A stretch of 64,000 nucleotides of DNA from an uncultured delta proteobacterium (GCA_963847445.1 CAWJZV010000034.1:96001-160000); one strand, 5' to 3'; counted from the first letter of the stretch, positions 12,113-25,856 are shown. Notes: generated by a model from the letters alone, not told the origin. A program made the numbers and translations.

Positions 12113-13309
12113 AGCAGACATAGATCCGGCCGATCCAACCAAGCCCGACGCCATAGATCACTCCGGTAAGTCCCCAGGTGGCGCCAAAAATGGCGCCGGC
12201 GGCGCCCACAAGCACCGATATCCACATTGGTCAGATTTAGGTACATTAATTCGCGTTCACCGCCGAGCGCTGTAGCCGTCGCTTTGCCGATACCGCCGAG
12301 TACCTTTAAGACTCCTGTAACAATCCCGGCCATGGCACTGTCGGAAGAAAGTTCGTACTGTTCAGAAAGAAATGCATGAACAACAAGCGGCGCGAAGGTA
12401 AAGAATCGCAGCCACTTACAAGCAAAATGAGTAAGAGTGCAGCTCATCAGCTCTTGGGTGACGAGCCGGCGCCGCTCGCTTGCTAACATTGTCGTGCAAA
12501 GCTTCGGAAAAAGCGTGTACCCAACGCCCAATTGGAGAACTCGAAATGGTCCGATGACCACCGCGGCTAAAATTCCGAATACGGCCAAGTCTTCGAGCGG
12601 AAGAAGTTTCGGGATGAGGAGCCTTTCCAACTGCAATAGGAGCAACGCTGATGCATTGATTCCCGCATACGGCAAACCCTCGTCCCAGGAAAAACGGAGC
12701 ACACGAATTGTCAGCGAAAGCGCTCTGCTTGAACAGCCCGCCACCAGCCCAAGCTTGCCGCCAGCCGTAACCTACAACCATGAGGCCGATGGGCAATTGG
12801 GGGCTTTGATGACGAAGAAACGCCACAGTTAGCGAGGCAAGCAACAAAAAGGCATTGCAGATATGTGCAATTGACAGCGACCACATGAAACGTTGGGCGT
12901 TTTGAAACTTTGCAGCCGCAACAGTCGTGGCACCTCCGGCGATGGTGCCTGTAAGAAGCCACAGCACAATCGCCGCACTCAGGTCATAAATGAGAGCAGC
13001 GAAAATTACCATGCCCAACCCGACCGCGGCCGATGTAACAAGGGTCCGGGTTAAAAGCCATGGTCCGGAAACGACGGACTTGCGGTTGACCACTCCATCT
13101 ATGCCTGCCGGGGCAACTTCGCGCCCAAGTTCAATAAGGTGATCGCGGAGTGGGCCCGCGCATACTCGAGGATCGGCGGAGTAACGCGCTAACAAAAGAT
13201 TTGCGAATGCGACTGCCAAACTAGAGAAAGCAAAGAATACAGAGTTATAAAAAGTGCTTGATGAAAGAATCGATCTCCATGGAGAGTCCTGATTCATCGT
13301 CCTTACCAA
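11962..13309 (-). CDS. Polysaccharide flippase / Wzx-like membrane protein; frameshifted
   Basis: Two overlapping hydrophobic ORFs; QLERLLIPKLLPLEDLAVFG...VGYTLFPKL pattern of PST/MOP exporters. Confidence 0.6.
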
Positions 13310-13445
13310 TGCTAGAAAAACTTTGCTTTAAGTATCAAGAAAGCTAAAGCCGATTCTCAGGGCACTTTTGTTTATTTCTTTGCCTAGCCTAATTCGAGCC
13401 GGTGAAACTCACACTGCCCAAGTCCACGCACGACCGCAGTCGCAT

Positions 13446-14553
13446 ATGCGCTGATGTTGTCGATCCTGTTATTGTGGCCGTTTGACTTCCATATGCCTTT
13501 TTCAAAGAATGACGTCAGATGGATCGAGGGAATGAACGGCATAGAGTTCGTCGGACCTGGATCCATTCAGTTTTCGTCATTCGCCAACGCTCTGCACAGC
13601 GCCATTGCTTTCAGGCAATGGCCTGACTGTTGAGGTCTGGGCGGCTACCATGACCAATGACCAAGAGGGTCCCGCGAGGATCGTGTCTTATTCCAAGAAT
13701 ACGCGGTTAAGAAATTTCAGCCTTGGCCAGGCGCACGGTGATCTTGTCATGCGCATGCGAACATCCGAGAGCGACGTAAACGGAACAGATCGCGTTCTAA
13801 TCGGCAAAGGCTTGTTCCGACCAAACGAGCCTCAGCATGTCACGGTCACCTATGATTTCTCTCAACAACAAGTCTATGTCGATGGCGACATGCGCTTGCG
13901 CACGACGATGCCGTCGGGGCAGATTCACAACATGGGATCCGTCGTATTCTTTCGTAGTCGGCAATGAAGCTACCGGGAACCGTCCTTCGTTGGTAGAGCT
14001 ACTTTACTGGCAGTCTACAATAGGGCCTTATCGGATGACGAGATCCGGAGAAATTATGCAGCCGGCAGACTGTTTGCACCGCAATCGAACGGCGCCGGTC
14101 AACGCGTTGAGCGCGGACTGCTTGCGCATTACATATTCACCGAGGGAAAGGGAAAGCAAGTATTTAACCGCGGCGGGCAACTGCCGTCAGCTGATCTCGA
14201 CATCCCCGCACTAATTGAAACTAGCGGCCGATCATATTTGACGAGTCCTTACGCCGAATTTCGCTCGGAATCTCTAACATCACCGGGCCATCGACATTAT
14301 CGGGAACATACTTGTTTTCATCCCGTTGGGACTACTTCCTATATGAGGCGCTAAGAGGGTGCCGCCGGTCACCGCGTCAAGGAATACCGTCAGCTATCGC
14401 AGCCGAATTCTGTTCACGATCGTCATGGAATCATTGCAGTATTTTTCCCAGACTAGATATTCTTCAATGACCGACGTCATCGCCAACGCAATTGGCACGA
14501 TTTTGGGCGTGAGCATCGATACGCGCGCGGCCTGCGGCGACAATAACAGCAAC
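13446..14553 (+). CDS. LamG-like domain plus VanZ-family membrane protein; heavily frameshifted
   Basis: LWPFDF, GLTVEVWA...GPARIVSYS...NFSLGQ, HVTVTYD...VYVDG, GNEATG; VanZ motifs NILVFIPLG and MESLQYFSQTRYSSMTDVIANAIG; ends approximate. Confidence 0.6.
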
Positions 14554-15955
14554 ATGAACGGCAATATCTGGGGCTTTGTCTTTGACGCTAAAGTTTCACA
14601 AGAGTTCACTTTAGGCTGCTTTACGTCAGTGTAGCGACTGCGGATATTGCTCTTTTCGCCGCCTACTTCTTGCTTCGAACCCAGTCGTTTAGGCCTCTCG
14701 ATTTCATTCGGGTGCAGCTGGACCTCAGACATGAGAATGTTGCAGCCGTATGGTACTCAGGCGTAATTTTATTTTTAACCAGTATCGCCTCGCTTCTCTG
14801 TTTTCATGTAGATTCTAGAAGCGGGTCGTCCCTGAAATTCGGAAACATGTTGCGTTACGGTTGGCTTGTCATCGCGCTCACGTTCGCGGGATTCTCATTT
14901 GACGAGATCGGTTCGATACATGAGCGCTCGGACTTGATAGTGTCTGGAGCATCGTACACTCTGGGACTAGCCGGATGGGTTGGTGTGCTGTGGCCACTCA
15001 TGGCGCTCGTTTTTTCCTATTATGTCCTATTCTTTTATTTTTATCTTTCTCGTTCAAGGATTTCTCAGGTTATGGCCCTAATAGGCGGTGGGCTTCTAAT
15101 ATCCGTTCCAGTTCAGGAGTTTTTGGAATCAAAAATGCGATTGGGAGGGCAAACGCGGGGAACTCTTCTGGGTGTGTTAGAAGAAGGGTCAGAGATCATT
15201 GGTACTACACTTATTCTTATATCCTTCTTGGAGTTCGCCATTATGAGCAGCCGCCTGGCATCCGCGAAAGGATCTGTTTCTCCGGTTCCAGGTAACTTGA
15301 TTCAGATTAGAATCAGCGATCAATTCGTTAAACTGACATATTCCTTAGTTATGTTGTCGGCTATAACATCTCTAGCCATGGCATGGTTTTTAGTTCCGCA
15401 TTTAAGAGATTTACATCACCGAGGCAATCCAAGTGTATGGCACCCCAGCCTAGCCTTATTTGTTGCCGGCGTTGTAGCCTTCATCAATTTTTCGTTGGAA
15501 TGTAGGAACAAAAACAGGCTGCGTGGGTACTCGTTCAAATGGACGTGGGTGCTTGTGGGCGTAGTTTGTTTATGGTTCTCGGTCGACTTTGAATCTGGCA
15601 TTAACACCAGGATCTATACCGCTATAAAATCTATTTCAGATCTTTTTTTGTCTCGGCTCGAGGCGGAGAGACATTACTTTCGGTAACTATCGTTGCTATG
15701 GGTTTAGCTGCTTTTCTTGCTGTTGCCGGCATCAGGGTCAATCGTTCAAGTCGATGGTTATTTTGCCTCGGTGTCTTATCGTGGGCTGGAGTTTTTGCTA
15801 CTAGCTCATGGGAGATCAAAGAGGCGCTAAAGATTTTGAGTCCTTCATTATTTCTAGTATCCTTCATCGAGTCCATGAAAAATCTTTGCGGTCCGGTTTC
15901 TAATAAAAGTTCTTGCGCGGTTTTAAAGTCGAATTTGCTTCGCACCTCGAGTTGA
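14554..15955 (+). CDS. Hypothetical polytopic membrane protein; frameshifted
   Basis: ORFs 14670-15686 and 15698-15955 with many TM segments; motifs FSFDEIGSIHER and LEEGSEIIG. Confidence 0.55.
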
Positions 15956-15960
15956 CGCAA

Positions 15961-16563
15961 ATGGCTACTTCATTGGGGCATTACCTGTTGGGCCTTTCGA
16001 TCACGCAGGGTTCGGCTTCTGACAATGCGGAAAAAAGCAGGGGGCCGTGGTTGGCCTTGATTGCTTGCGTGCCTGATCTCGATGTCATTCCGGGCCTCTT
16101 TGTCGGCAAACTGGGCCAGTTCCATCATGGCATCACCCACAGCTTCGCTGCCGCGGTGATATTTTCGGTGTTCACATGGCTCTTGTTCAGGCCTCGCGGC
16201 GAAAGGTCTCTGAAGCTAGGTATTCTCGTCTTTTTTCTTTACGCGTCCCATGTCGTCCTGGACTATTTCACTGTGGATAAGGGGGCTCCGTATGGAATTC
16301 CACTCTACTGGCCGGTATCTCACGAGACCTACCAGTCGCCCTGGCCTTTGCTGCCGCATGTGCAACACACGCGCGCCCCTCTTTTCAGCGCGCACAACCT
16401 TTTGCTGATGGTCCGAGAGGGTATAATCTTTCTTCCTCTAATTGGATTCATCCGCGCATTGAAGCATTCTCAAGCCGCTTGGCCAGGACGACGAGCGTGG
16501 CTCTACGGCGGGTGGTTTGTCTTTGCGGTCTGGGCTTCAGTTTTCTCTCTTCATGAGGGGTAG
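15961..16563 (+). CDS. Membrane-bound metal-dependent hydrolase (YdjM/DUF457-like)
   Basis: MATSLGH, PDLD, HHGITHS, SHVVLD motifs. Confidence 0.85.
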   Translation: MATSLGHYLLGLSITQGSASDNAEKSRGPWLALIACVPDLDVIPGLFVGKLGQFHHGITHSFAAAVIFSVFTWLLFRPRGERSLKLGILVFFLYASHVVLDYFTVDKGAPYGIPLYWPVSHETYQSPWPLLPHVQHTRAPLFSAHNLLLMVREGIIFLPLIGFIRALKHSQAAWPGRRAWLYGGWFVFAVWASVFSLHEG

Positions 16564-16659
16564 CTCCAATCGGCCTGAGGTTTTATTTGAAGGGGCATCG
16601 TTAGAACTGTTGGCTATCTCCTGGAAGAATGCCAGCCGGCTCAGAAATGTATCGCTTAA

Positions 16660-18471
<1,812 letters not shown>

Positions 18472-18895
18472 ACTAGGCCGGATTAGGATGCTACGAGGAA
18501 ACCTGACGACACTCTGTTGATCGAGGTGTGGCCCCATAGAACTAAAACGTCGAACGAAGGCACCGGCGCAAATGTTTCATTTTGTACGCGGCGCTCGGCG
18601 CGATGTTTGACCTTTTCGCTGGTGATCTCGTCAGCAACCCGTCCCGATTACATCTTCAAGGCGGAACTGTTTTGCCTTCGTTCCGGAAGGTTGGTAGCTC
18701 TATCCCAATCTTACCGCGAATAATCCGGGCCACCAAGATGGTTGGGACCCGGTGCTCGTCCTCTCAAAACTTCTTAGCCTCTCCTACCGCTTTGCGAGCC
18801 AAGGTGACCGGCCATTCGATTGGCTAAGCATTCTTTCATCGGCGCCGGCGGCGATTCAATCTGTTACGATTCATTAAGGACGTAGGAAAAGTATC

Positions 18896-19687
18896 ATGGA
18901 AGAAGCAGGGCTTCTTTTTATTGTTCTTCTTGTCGGCGCAGGGGGACAACTTCTCGACGGCACGCTGGGAATGGGATTCGGAGTTTTCTCCGCCTCCGCA
19001 CTGCTCGCGGCCGGGTACCCGCCGGTTACGGTGGTCGCCACAGTAAACGCAGCGAAGCTTTTGACCGGCATCTTTTCCGGCATCGCCCACTGGAAGGCCG
19101 GCAACGTCCGCCGGGATTGGCTGCTGCCTCTTATCATACCTGGAGTCGTGGGAGGGGTGTTAGGTGCGTATCTGCTGGGTTCTTTGCCGCAGGAGAAATT
19201 TCGTTTCTGGATGGCTGTGGTGTTGTTGGGTATGGGCATTCTCATTCTATGCCGGACTCTTTTCCCCGCCATCTTTTCGGTCGGATCCGCTTCGGCTGGT
19301 GAGTCTCCCAGACGCTTATCCCGCCGCTTTTATCTCGGTCTAGTAGGTTTCGCCGCAGGGGCGCTCAATGCCATCAGCGGCGCTTATGGCCCCTTCGCCA
19401 CTTCGGGCGTGATGCTGATCGGCAAAGCAAAGCCCGCACGCGCCATTGGCACAGCCAACATGGCGGAGATATTTGTGGCAGGAGCCGTGATTTCCAGCTT
19501 TCTTTCCGCGCGAGGGCTGCAAACCGTATCCTGGGATTTGGCCATTGCCTTGGATTTGGGCGGGGCGTTGACCGCCCCACTGGCAGCTTATGCTTGCACG
19601 CGGCTTCCTTCCAGGGCGCTGCAGGTCGGAGTTGGGCTAGCTTTGATCAGTCTTAACGTGAAAGTGGTCATCGCCCAGTTCGGATGA
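18896..19687 (+). CDS. Sulfite exporter TauE/SafE family
   Basis: DGTLGMGFG, HWKAGNV, GVVGGVLGA, AIGTANMAE; about 8 TM. Confidence 0.85.
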   Translation: MEEAGLLFIVLLVGAGGQLLDGTLGMGFGVFSASALLAAGYPPVTVVATVNAAKLLTGIFSGIAHWKAGNVRRDWLLPLIIPGVVGGVLGAYLLGSLPQEKFRFWMAVVLLGMGILILCRTLFPAIFSVGSASAGESPRRLSRRFYLGLVGFAAGALNAISGAYGPFATSGVMLIGKAKPARAIGTANMAEIFVAGAVISSFLSARGLQTVSWDLAIALDLGGALTAPLAAYACTRLPSRALQVGVGLALISLNVKVVIAQFG

Positions 19688-19861
19688 TGCTCTTCCGGCT
19701 CCGCGAAATTTAATTTACCGACACGAGGTGCGAATTTTGCGAATCTTTGTAAGTGTAAAGATGCGCAATGCCAGCGCGCGTCGATCGCCGGCTGGCCTGC
19801 CACTCGACCGCCTCTGCTCCATTGTTCTCTTTTATGTTTTCAAACGATAGGAGTTGCTATC

Positions 19862-20182
19862 ATGCTCAAGAAAAGGACCGATACCGGGAGCTTAACCAAC
19901 ACAAATCCTCGCGATCCCAATGTCCGGCTCATGGAACCTTCACTCAGGCCACCAGCCACGGCTGCAGAGCGCTTGGCCGTGGCGGCGCTGAGGCAAGGAA
20001 GCACGACTTCTTTGAGTTCACTTGTAAACCATGTTGCCCGTGAGCTCTATAATCAAGAGGTAGCCAACGGCGCCTGGGCCCTGGATATCGGTATCTTTGG
20101 GCCTGATCTCTTTGCCCCAGACGTTGCCTTAGAACTTAGGGCCGGGAATCGCATACTGTGGGATATCGAAAATTCAGTGTGA
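19862..20182 (+). CDS. Hypothetical protein
   Basis: AGGAG Shine-Dalgarno before ATG; 106 aa with protein-like composition. Confidence 0.55.
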   Translation: MLKKRTDTGSLTNTNPRDPNVRLMEPSLRPPATAAERLAVAALRQGSTTSLSSLVNHVARELYNQEVANGAWALDIGIFGPDLFAPDVALELRAGNRILWDIENSV

Positions 20183-20992
20183 TAGTCGTCGGCGGATCTC
20201 TCCTTGCGGCCAAATCGGTCTCTTTTTTACCAAAGCATATAAATTTTCCGGCAATGAGATTGGCGTGTTTCTCTTTACAGCCGGTGCAATACTTGGCCAC
20301 ATAAATATGCATTGGTTTTACCACAACCTCCACTGTCAGTTGGCACGCGTCTTTGCAAATCCGTAGGTTGTCCAACGCTGCGATCCGACCAATAGATATC
20401 TGGGTCGACGGCTCTCGGGCCATCCGGGCAAGCCCGTAAACGTATAAGTTCTCCTACTCAGCTAAGGGATTTTTATTTTGTGAATGTCAATCGGAACCAA
20501 ATAGTCGCATTAGCGAAAGGCTGAAAGTAGTTGTTAGATGAGTCGGCCCTTGTCCCACTCGGCAGATCAAGCTGGTGATTTTCATATGATTTCTAGTAGG
20601 AGGTTAAACATGGAAGCGTTCATTTGAAGTTGCCCAATAAATTGCATTCGCGCCGTCGCTGCATATTGTCGTGCTTTTTTTTCCAATCCCACTTGCTCTA
20701 TTTCTCTCGTCCCCGCCACCCCTCCCCCAGATACGATCGGCCAGTCCGTGTCGGTTGTTGACAACCGATCGTCATTCGAATACGTAATTTCCCAGATCCA
20801 GTACTAAGTGCCTAGTATCGCATAACTGGCATACGTTTTTGTTTTTTGATTGAGTTTCTACGGTTTTAAGTTAAATCTTCACAAGCGGAGCTGCGTTGCT
20901 TCGAAGGATAGTCAGGATTTAACGGTGTCGACAATATTTGATCATTTTGAACTTTCAGCGCATATGCGTCGCTATCATGATTCCACCCATCA

Positions 20993-22503
20993 ATGACTAA
21001 ATTGACTCAACAAAACACTACGCAAATGCCCCTCGATGAGCCGTGCTCGCCGCGAATTCTACTCATCAATTCTGACACAATGGTTTGTGCAGCAACTACA
21101 GCGCCTTTTATTCTCAATGCGCGTATTCGGTATCTGTGATGCAGTCGGGTCAAGACGCGCTCGAGAAAATAGCCGATGGCTCAACGGATCTTGTGGTGAC
21201 GGACCTTCATGTGCCAGACCTCGATGGAATGAAATTCGTCGAGCGGATACGAAGGTTGCACGCTGACGTTCCAGTAATCGTGCTTACCCGGGAGAAAGAT
21301 ATTGAATTGGCGGTCAAGGCACTAAAGCTCGGCGTCAGCGATTACATCAGCATGCCGTTTAGCGCTGATGCGGTGCAAGAGTCTACGCGTTCAGCATTGG
21401 AGAAAGCTCATGTATTCACTGAGCTCAGACATATGCGGCGCGGTTTCGCAGAAAGCTTCGAATTCGTCGGTATGCTCAGCAAAACTCCTGAAATGTACCG
21501 TGTCTTTGAAACCATCCGGATGGTTTCAAACATGGATGTGACGGTGCTCGTGGAGGGTGAAACCGGAACTGGAAAGGAGCTTGTCGCAAAGGCGATTCAT
21601 GATCGAAGCGCGCGGCGCGAGGGGAAATTCGTGACGATCAATTGTGCGGGTGTGCCCGACGCGCTTCTCGAGAGCGAACTTTTCGGGTTCGAGAGAGGAG
21701 CCTTCACCGGCGCAGACCACTCGAGGGAGGGAATGATCGAGTTGGCCCATGGGGGCACTCTTTTCCTGGATGAAATAGAAAGCATGTCGCTATCGATGCA
21801 GGCAAAGCTTCTCCACGTCCTCGAGGATCGGAAGGTCCAACGGCTGGGTGGGAATCGGAAGTATGATATCGATATGCGGGTGATTGCCGCAACCAATGTT
21901 CCAGCCAAGGAGCTTGTTGCCGAACGAAAGATGCGGAATGATTTTTATTATCGCATCAATGTGGTTTCGATTCAGCTCATGCCGCTGCGACAGCGGCGAG
22001 CCGACATCCCGTTGCTGGTGCAGAATTTCCTACGAAAGCACCCCTTTGCGGCGCAAAAAGGAATTACGGAAATCTCTCGGCAAGCAATGAGCCAGCTCAT
22101 GCATCATTCGTGGCCCGGCAATGTTCGCGAACTGCAGAACGTGCTCGAGAAAGCCGTGGTCCTGGCTGTTTTACCGGTAATAGACAAGGTTGATATTTTG
22201 GATGAGCCTCCACCGCCTGGGATAAATCGAGCAAGCAAATCAACCGGCATAACCTTCGCGCAGTGGATCAGAGAACAAGAAAAGGCATACTTAGTCAAAC
22301 AACTCGAGGCTTTTCACGGGAGCATTGATCGGGCGGCGGCTAACTCCGGCATTTGTGTGAGAACGCTTTTTCGCAAAATGCGTCTTTACGGTCTTGATAA
22401 AAAACAGTTTCGACCCCAGGCGCCGGAAATTTCCTTGCCGCCGGAGGTGAGTTCTGTGATTGAAAACAAGGTCAGCGCAACAAACCCCCATTTCCGCCAT
22501 TAG
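20993..22503 (+). CDS. Sigma54-dependent NtrC-family activator (receiver-AAA+-HTH); frameshift near 21090
   Basis: Receiver VVTDLHVPDLDG, GETGTGKE, FGFERGAFTGA, LFLDEI, WPGNVRELQN, Fis-type HTH. Confidence 0.92.
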
Positions 22504-22910
22504 CTCACGACTAAATGGCCGGCTAGTTCTCAACGATTCCGGCACTCCCACCTGTCATCATCGGTTTCACTTGTGATACAGCGATTGGGTCAGCGCATGC
22601 CTCGCCAAGCCTTCTTTGATCGTCGTTTACCGCTGGATATCTTTGTAACATTTCAACTTTCTGCCCCCAGGTGAAGAACCCGCCACACTTTCCCCTCCTG
22701 CAGGCTCGCGCGCAGAACGCGTTTAATGACCGGGGTGTCTGATCATTTGTGCGCGTCTTGCGGTGTGTGTGCGCATTTTATAAGCGGCTCGATCAGCTAA
22801 CCGCGGACGCAAGGATTCGTTGCACGCGAGGGTCACGCAGGCAAGGAACATGCAGCCTGATGATTTTAGACCGCCTGGAGGTTTTAAGAGATTGTCTTTA
22901 TCAATCAGCG

Positions 22911-22985
22911 TGGTGCGCCCGACAGGAATTGAACCTGTACTTAGGGTTTCGGAGACCCTCGTGATATCCATTTCACTACGGGCGC
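22911..22985 (-). tRNA. tRNA-Arg (CCG)
   Basis: Reverse complement GCGCCCGTAGTGAAATGGATATCACGAGGGT-CTCCGAA-ACCCT...GGTTCAATTCC...GGGCGCACCA; cloverleaf with encoded CCA. Confidence 0.95.
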
Positions 22986-23015
22986 GTGGCAAATTTTCTA
23001 TCACCGGGTTGGCGA

Positions 23016-23291
23016 TCAGTCAACGTGCTTGGTCTCTATGGCCGCGGTGATGGGATGCATTGGCTCATCAATCAGCGGATTGCCCGCTAAAGTTCCTCGG
23101 CCTCTGATGTCGAATGGCTCGCTGCGAAAGTCGCTGAGTTCGCCGCCCGCCTCGGCGACGATCAAACTTGCCGCCGCAACCTCCCAGGGTTTCAGTTTCA
23201 GCTCCCCATAGCCGTCGATGCGGCGACATGCGACGTAGCATAGGTCCAGGGCGGCTGCGCCATTGCGCCTGATGCCCTGGCTGCAGGTCAA
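23016..23291 (-). pseudogene. Inositol monophosphatase (SuhB-like) C-terminal fragment
   Basis: QGIRRNGAAALDLCYVAC...LKPWEVAAASLIVAEAGG; N-terminal half with DPLDGT absent, no room before ispE. Confidence 0.75.
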
Positions 23292-23402
23292 GAAAGCTTC
23301 GAGGCAGCTTAGATAATGGTTCGCATGAGAAATGCGCTGGGTCTTGCGTCATGGGTTGCTGGACTTTCGCAATTATCCAGCGGCTATGTTAGCTAATGGC
23401 GC

Positions 23403-24266
23403 GTGAAGATTCGCGCGCCGGCAAAAATCAATTTGTGCTTGCGGGTGGTCGGCAAACGCGCCGATGGCTATCACCTGCTCGATACGGTCATGGTGCCGGT
23501 GTCGCTCTATGATGAGATCGACATTCAGCAGCGCACCGGCGCGCGCCGCGCGGCGCCGCGTGCGCCGGTAGAAATTCGCTGCAACCATCCGCAAGTACCG
23601 TTGGGTCGGGACAATGTCGCCTATCGCGCCGCAGAATTATTGATGCAAAAAACCAAGATTAATCGACCTGTTTGCATTCGCATTCGAAAAAATATTCCCA
23701 TCGGTGCCGGGCTGGGCGGCGGTAGTACCGACGCTGCCGCGGTGTTGGTCGGTCTTAACCGCATGTGGAAACTGCGCTTGTCGGTGCGCCAATTGGAGCG
23801 GCTGGCGCTGCAACTTGGCGCTGACGTGCCGTTCTTTATTCGCGCCAAGCCGGCGCGGGCGCGTGGGATCGGCGAAAAACTCCGCTTGCTGCCGAAGCTG
23901 CGGCGCCGCTGGCTGGTACTGGCCTACCCAGGATTCCCGGTAGCGACTGCGTGGGTGTACGGAAATTTTACTCTAAAGTTGACAAAAGTTAGGGTAAATA
24001 CTAGCATTGCGACGCCGCTGGAGAGCCTGGATACGCTCGAAAAACTGCTCGTCAACGATCTCGAGCAGGTCACCATAAGGAGATATCCTGAAATCGGTCG
24101 AGTGAAAACGAAACTGTCTCTGGCAGGTGCCGTGGCGGTTCTGATGTCGGGAAGCGGCTCTTCGGTATTTGGCGTTTTCAAGTCGAAACGATTGGCTGAG
24201 CGAGGCTTTCGTCGGATGCGGCATGAGGAGGGGATCCAAGCGTTCCTGGTGCATGTTTTGAATTAA
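23403..24266 (+). CDS. ispE: 4-diphosphocytidyl-2-C-methyl-D-erythritol kinase
   Basis: APAKINL, DGYHLL, PIGAGLGGGSTDAAA, MSGSGS. Confidence 0.96.
   Translation: MKIRAPAKINLCLRVVGKRADGYHLLDTVMVPVSLYDEIDIQQRTGARRAAPRAPVEIRCNHPQVPLGRDNVAYRAAELLMQKTKINRPVCIRIRKNIPIGAGLGGGSTDAAAVLVGLNRMWKLRLSVRQLERLALQLGADVPFFIRAKPARARGIGEKLRLLPKLRRRWLVLAYPGFPVATAWVYGNFTLKLTKVRVNTSIATPLESLDTLEKLLVNDLEQVTIRRYPEIGRVKTKLSLAGAVAVLMSGSGSSVFGVFKSKRLAERGFRRMRHEEGIQAFLVHVLN
23979..24007 (+). promoter_or_regulatory. Sigma70-type promoter inside ispE, probably for spoVG-tRNA-prs
   Basis: TTGACA (23979-23984), 17 bp, TAGCAT (24002-24007) in an AT-rich patch. Confidence 0.6.
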
Positions 24267-24334
24267 AGTTAGTCAAAAGCCCATAAAAAGAACTCTACCG
24301 GCGCAACATCTGGCTCGTCCAGAAGGGGGTCCCT

Positions 24335-24622
24335 ATGCAAGTTACCGAGGTTAGGGTCTTTCCTGTCGAGGAAGATAAGCTCAGGGCTTATGTCACTATC
24401 ACACTCGATCACTGCTTTGTGATCCGGGACTTAAAAATCATACATGGCGCCACCGGGCTGTTTGTCTCGATGCCCAGCAAGAAGCGCAAGGACGGAACCT
24501 ATAAAGATATCGCGCATCCGATCAATAATGAGACGCGCCGGATGATCGAGGAAAAGATAATCGCGGAATATCAAAAAGTGCTCGCCGACGGCGGGGCGCC
24601 GACACCGGTCCATGACGATTGA
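24335..24622 (+). CDS. spoVG: SpoVG-family protein
   Basis: MQVTEVRVFPV...FVIRDLKII...GLFVSMPSKKRKDGTYKDIAHPI. Confidence 0.95.
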   Translation: MQVTEVRVFPVEEDKLRAYVTITLDHCFVIRDLKIIHGATGLFVSMPSKKRKDGTYKDIAHPINNETRRMIEEKIIAEYQKVLADGGAPTPVHDD

Positions 24623-24670
24623 TCGGCTCTCCGGCGCGACCGGATGAGCTTCCCGGAGGAAGTTCACGGA

Positions 24671-24745
24671 TGGGCGGTCGCCAAGTGGTAAGGCCCCGGC
24701 CTTTGGAGCCGGTATTCGAAGGTTCGAATCCTTCCCGCCCAGCCA
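24671..24745 (+). tRNA. tRNA-Gln (TTG)
   Basis: TGGGCGGTCGCCAAGTGGTAAGG-CCCCGGC-CTTTGGA-GCCGG...GGTTCGAATCC...CCCAGCCA. Confidence 0.96.
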
Positions 24746-24903
24746 GTTTCTCCTGCGAAGATTGCCCGGCTGGCCTTTGCGACATAGATTTAGTAGAACT
24801 TGAGTGGCGCCGTTCACAGAGGGACGGCGCTGCTGTTTTTTGGTGGCAGAGGTGATCGGGCTACGAATTGACGGATTTGCCTGGCACGGGTAGTGAGAAA
24901 ACG

Positions 24904-25856
24904 ATGGGTCGCACAGCCGATTTGAAAATATTCGCGGGAAACTCCAATCCGCCGCTGGCCGCAGAGATCAGCCAGTATCTCAAAGTGCCGTTGGGCAAGG
25001 CGATGGTGGACAAATTTAGCGACGGCGAGAGCAAGGTCGAAATCAAGGAGAACGTCCGCGGCGCGGATGTGTTTGTTTTGCAATCTACCTCGACGCCCGG
25101 CAATGACAACTTGATGGAGCTTTTGCTGATGCTCGACGCCTTCAAGCGCGCTTCAGCTCAACGCATCACTGCGGTCATGCCCTACTACGGCTATGCGCGC
25201 CAGGACCGTAAAGTCATGCCGCGGGTGCCGATCAGCGCTAAGTTAGTCGCCGATTTGATTACTCGAGCCGGCGCGTCGCGCATGTTGACCGATTGACCTT
25301 CACTCGGGGCAGATTCAAGGTTTCTTTGACATTCCCGTCGATAACGTTTACGCCACGCCGGTGCTGTTGGATTTTCTGCGCAAGCAAGTCGATCATACCG
25401 AGGTTACTATCGTTTCGCCGGACGCTGGCGGCGTGGAACGGGCGCGCGCGATCGCCACGCGCTTGGATGCATCGTTGGCGATTATCGATAAACGCCGGAT
25501 CGGTCCCAATGTCGTTGCCGAGATGAATATTATCGGTGAGGTCAAGGATCGGATTGCGATATTGATCGACGATATGGTCGATACCGCCGGGACATTGACC
25601 ATGGCTGCCGAAGCGCTTAAGAAAGCGGGCGCGCAAGAAAATCATCGGTTGCTGCTCGCACGCGATATTGTCCGGGCCGGCGATCAAGCGCATCGAAGAA
25701 TGCCCGATCGAACAACTGATTGTCACCAACACGATTCCCCTTGGGCCGCAGGCCCAGGGATGCGGCAAGATTAAGACATTGTCGGTCGCTCACTTGATCG
25801 GTGAGGCGATTCGCCGCACCCATGAAGAGGAATCGATCAGCTCTCTATTCGTTTAG
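24904..25856 (+). CDS. prs: Ribose-phosphate pyrophosphokinase; frameshifts near 25290 and 25640, likely errors
   Basis: [43 protein letters not shown]. Confidence 0.93.

Noticed and set aside
18480-18890. Short ORFs between sat/cysC and tauE
   Set aside because: No SD, motifs or consistent frame; at most an unidentifiable remnant
20341-20357. Sigma54 promoter TGGCACGCGTCTTTGCA, and a similar site near 20827
   Set aside because: GG to GC spacing is 11 rather than the required 10 bp; valid only if an indel error is present
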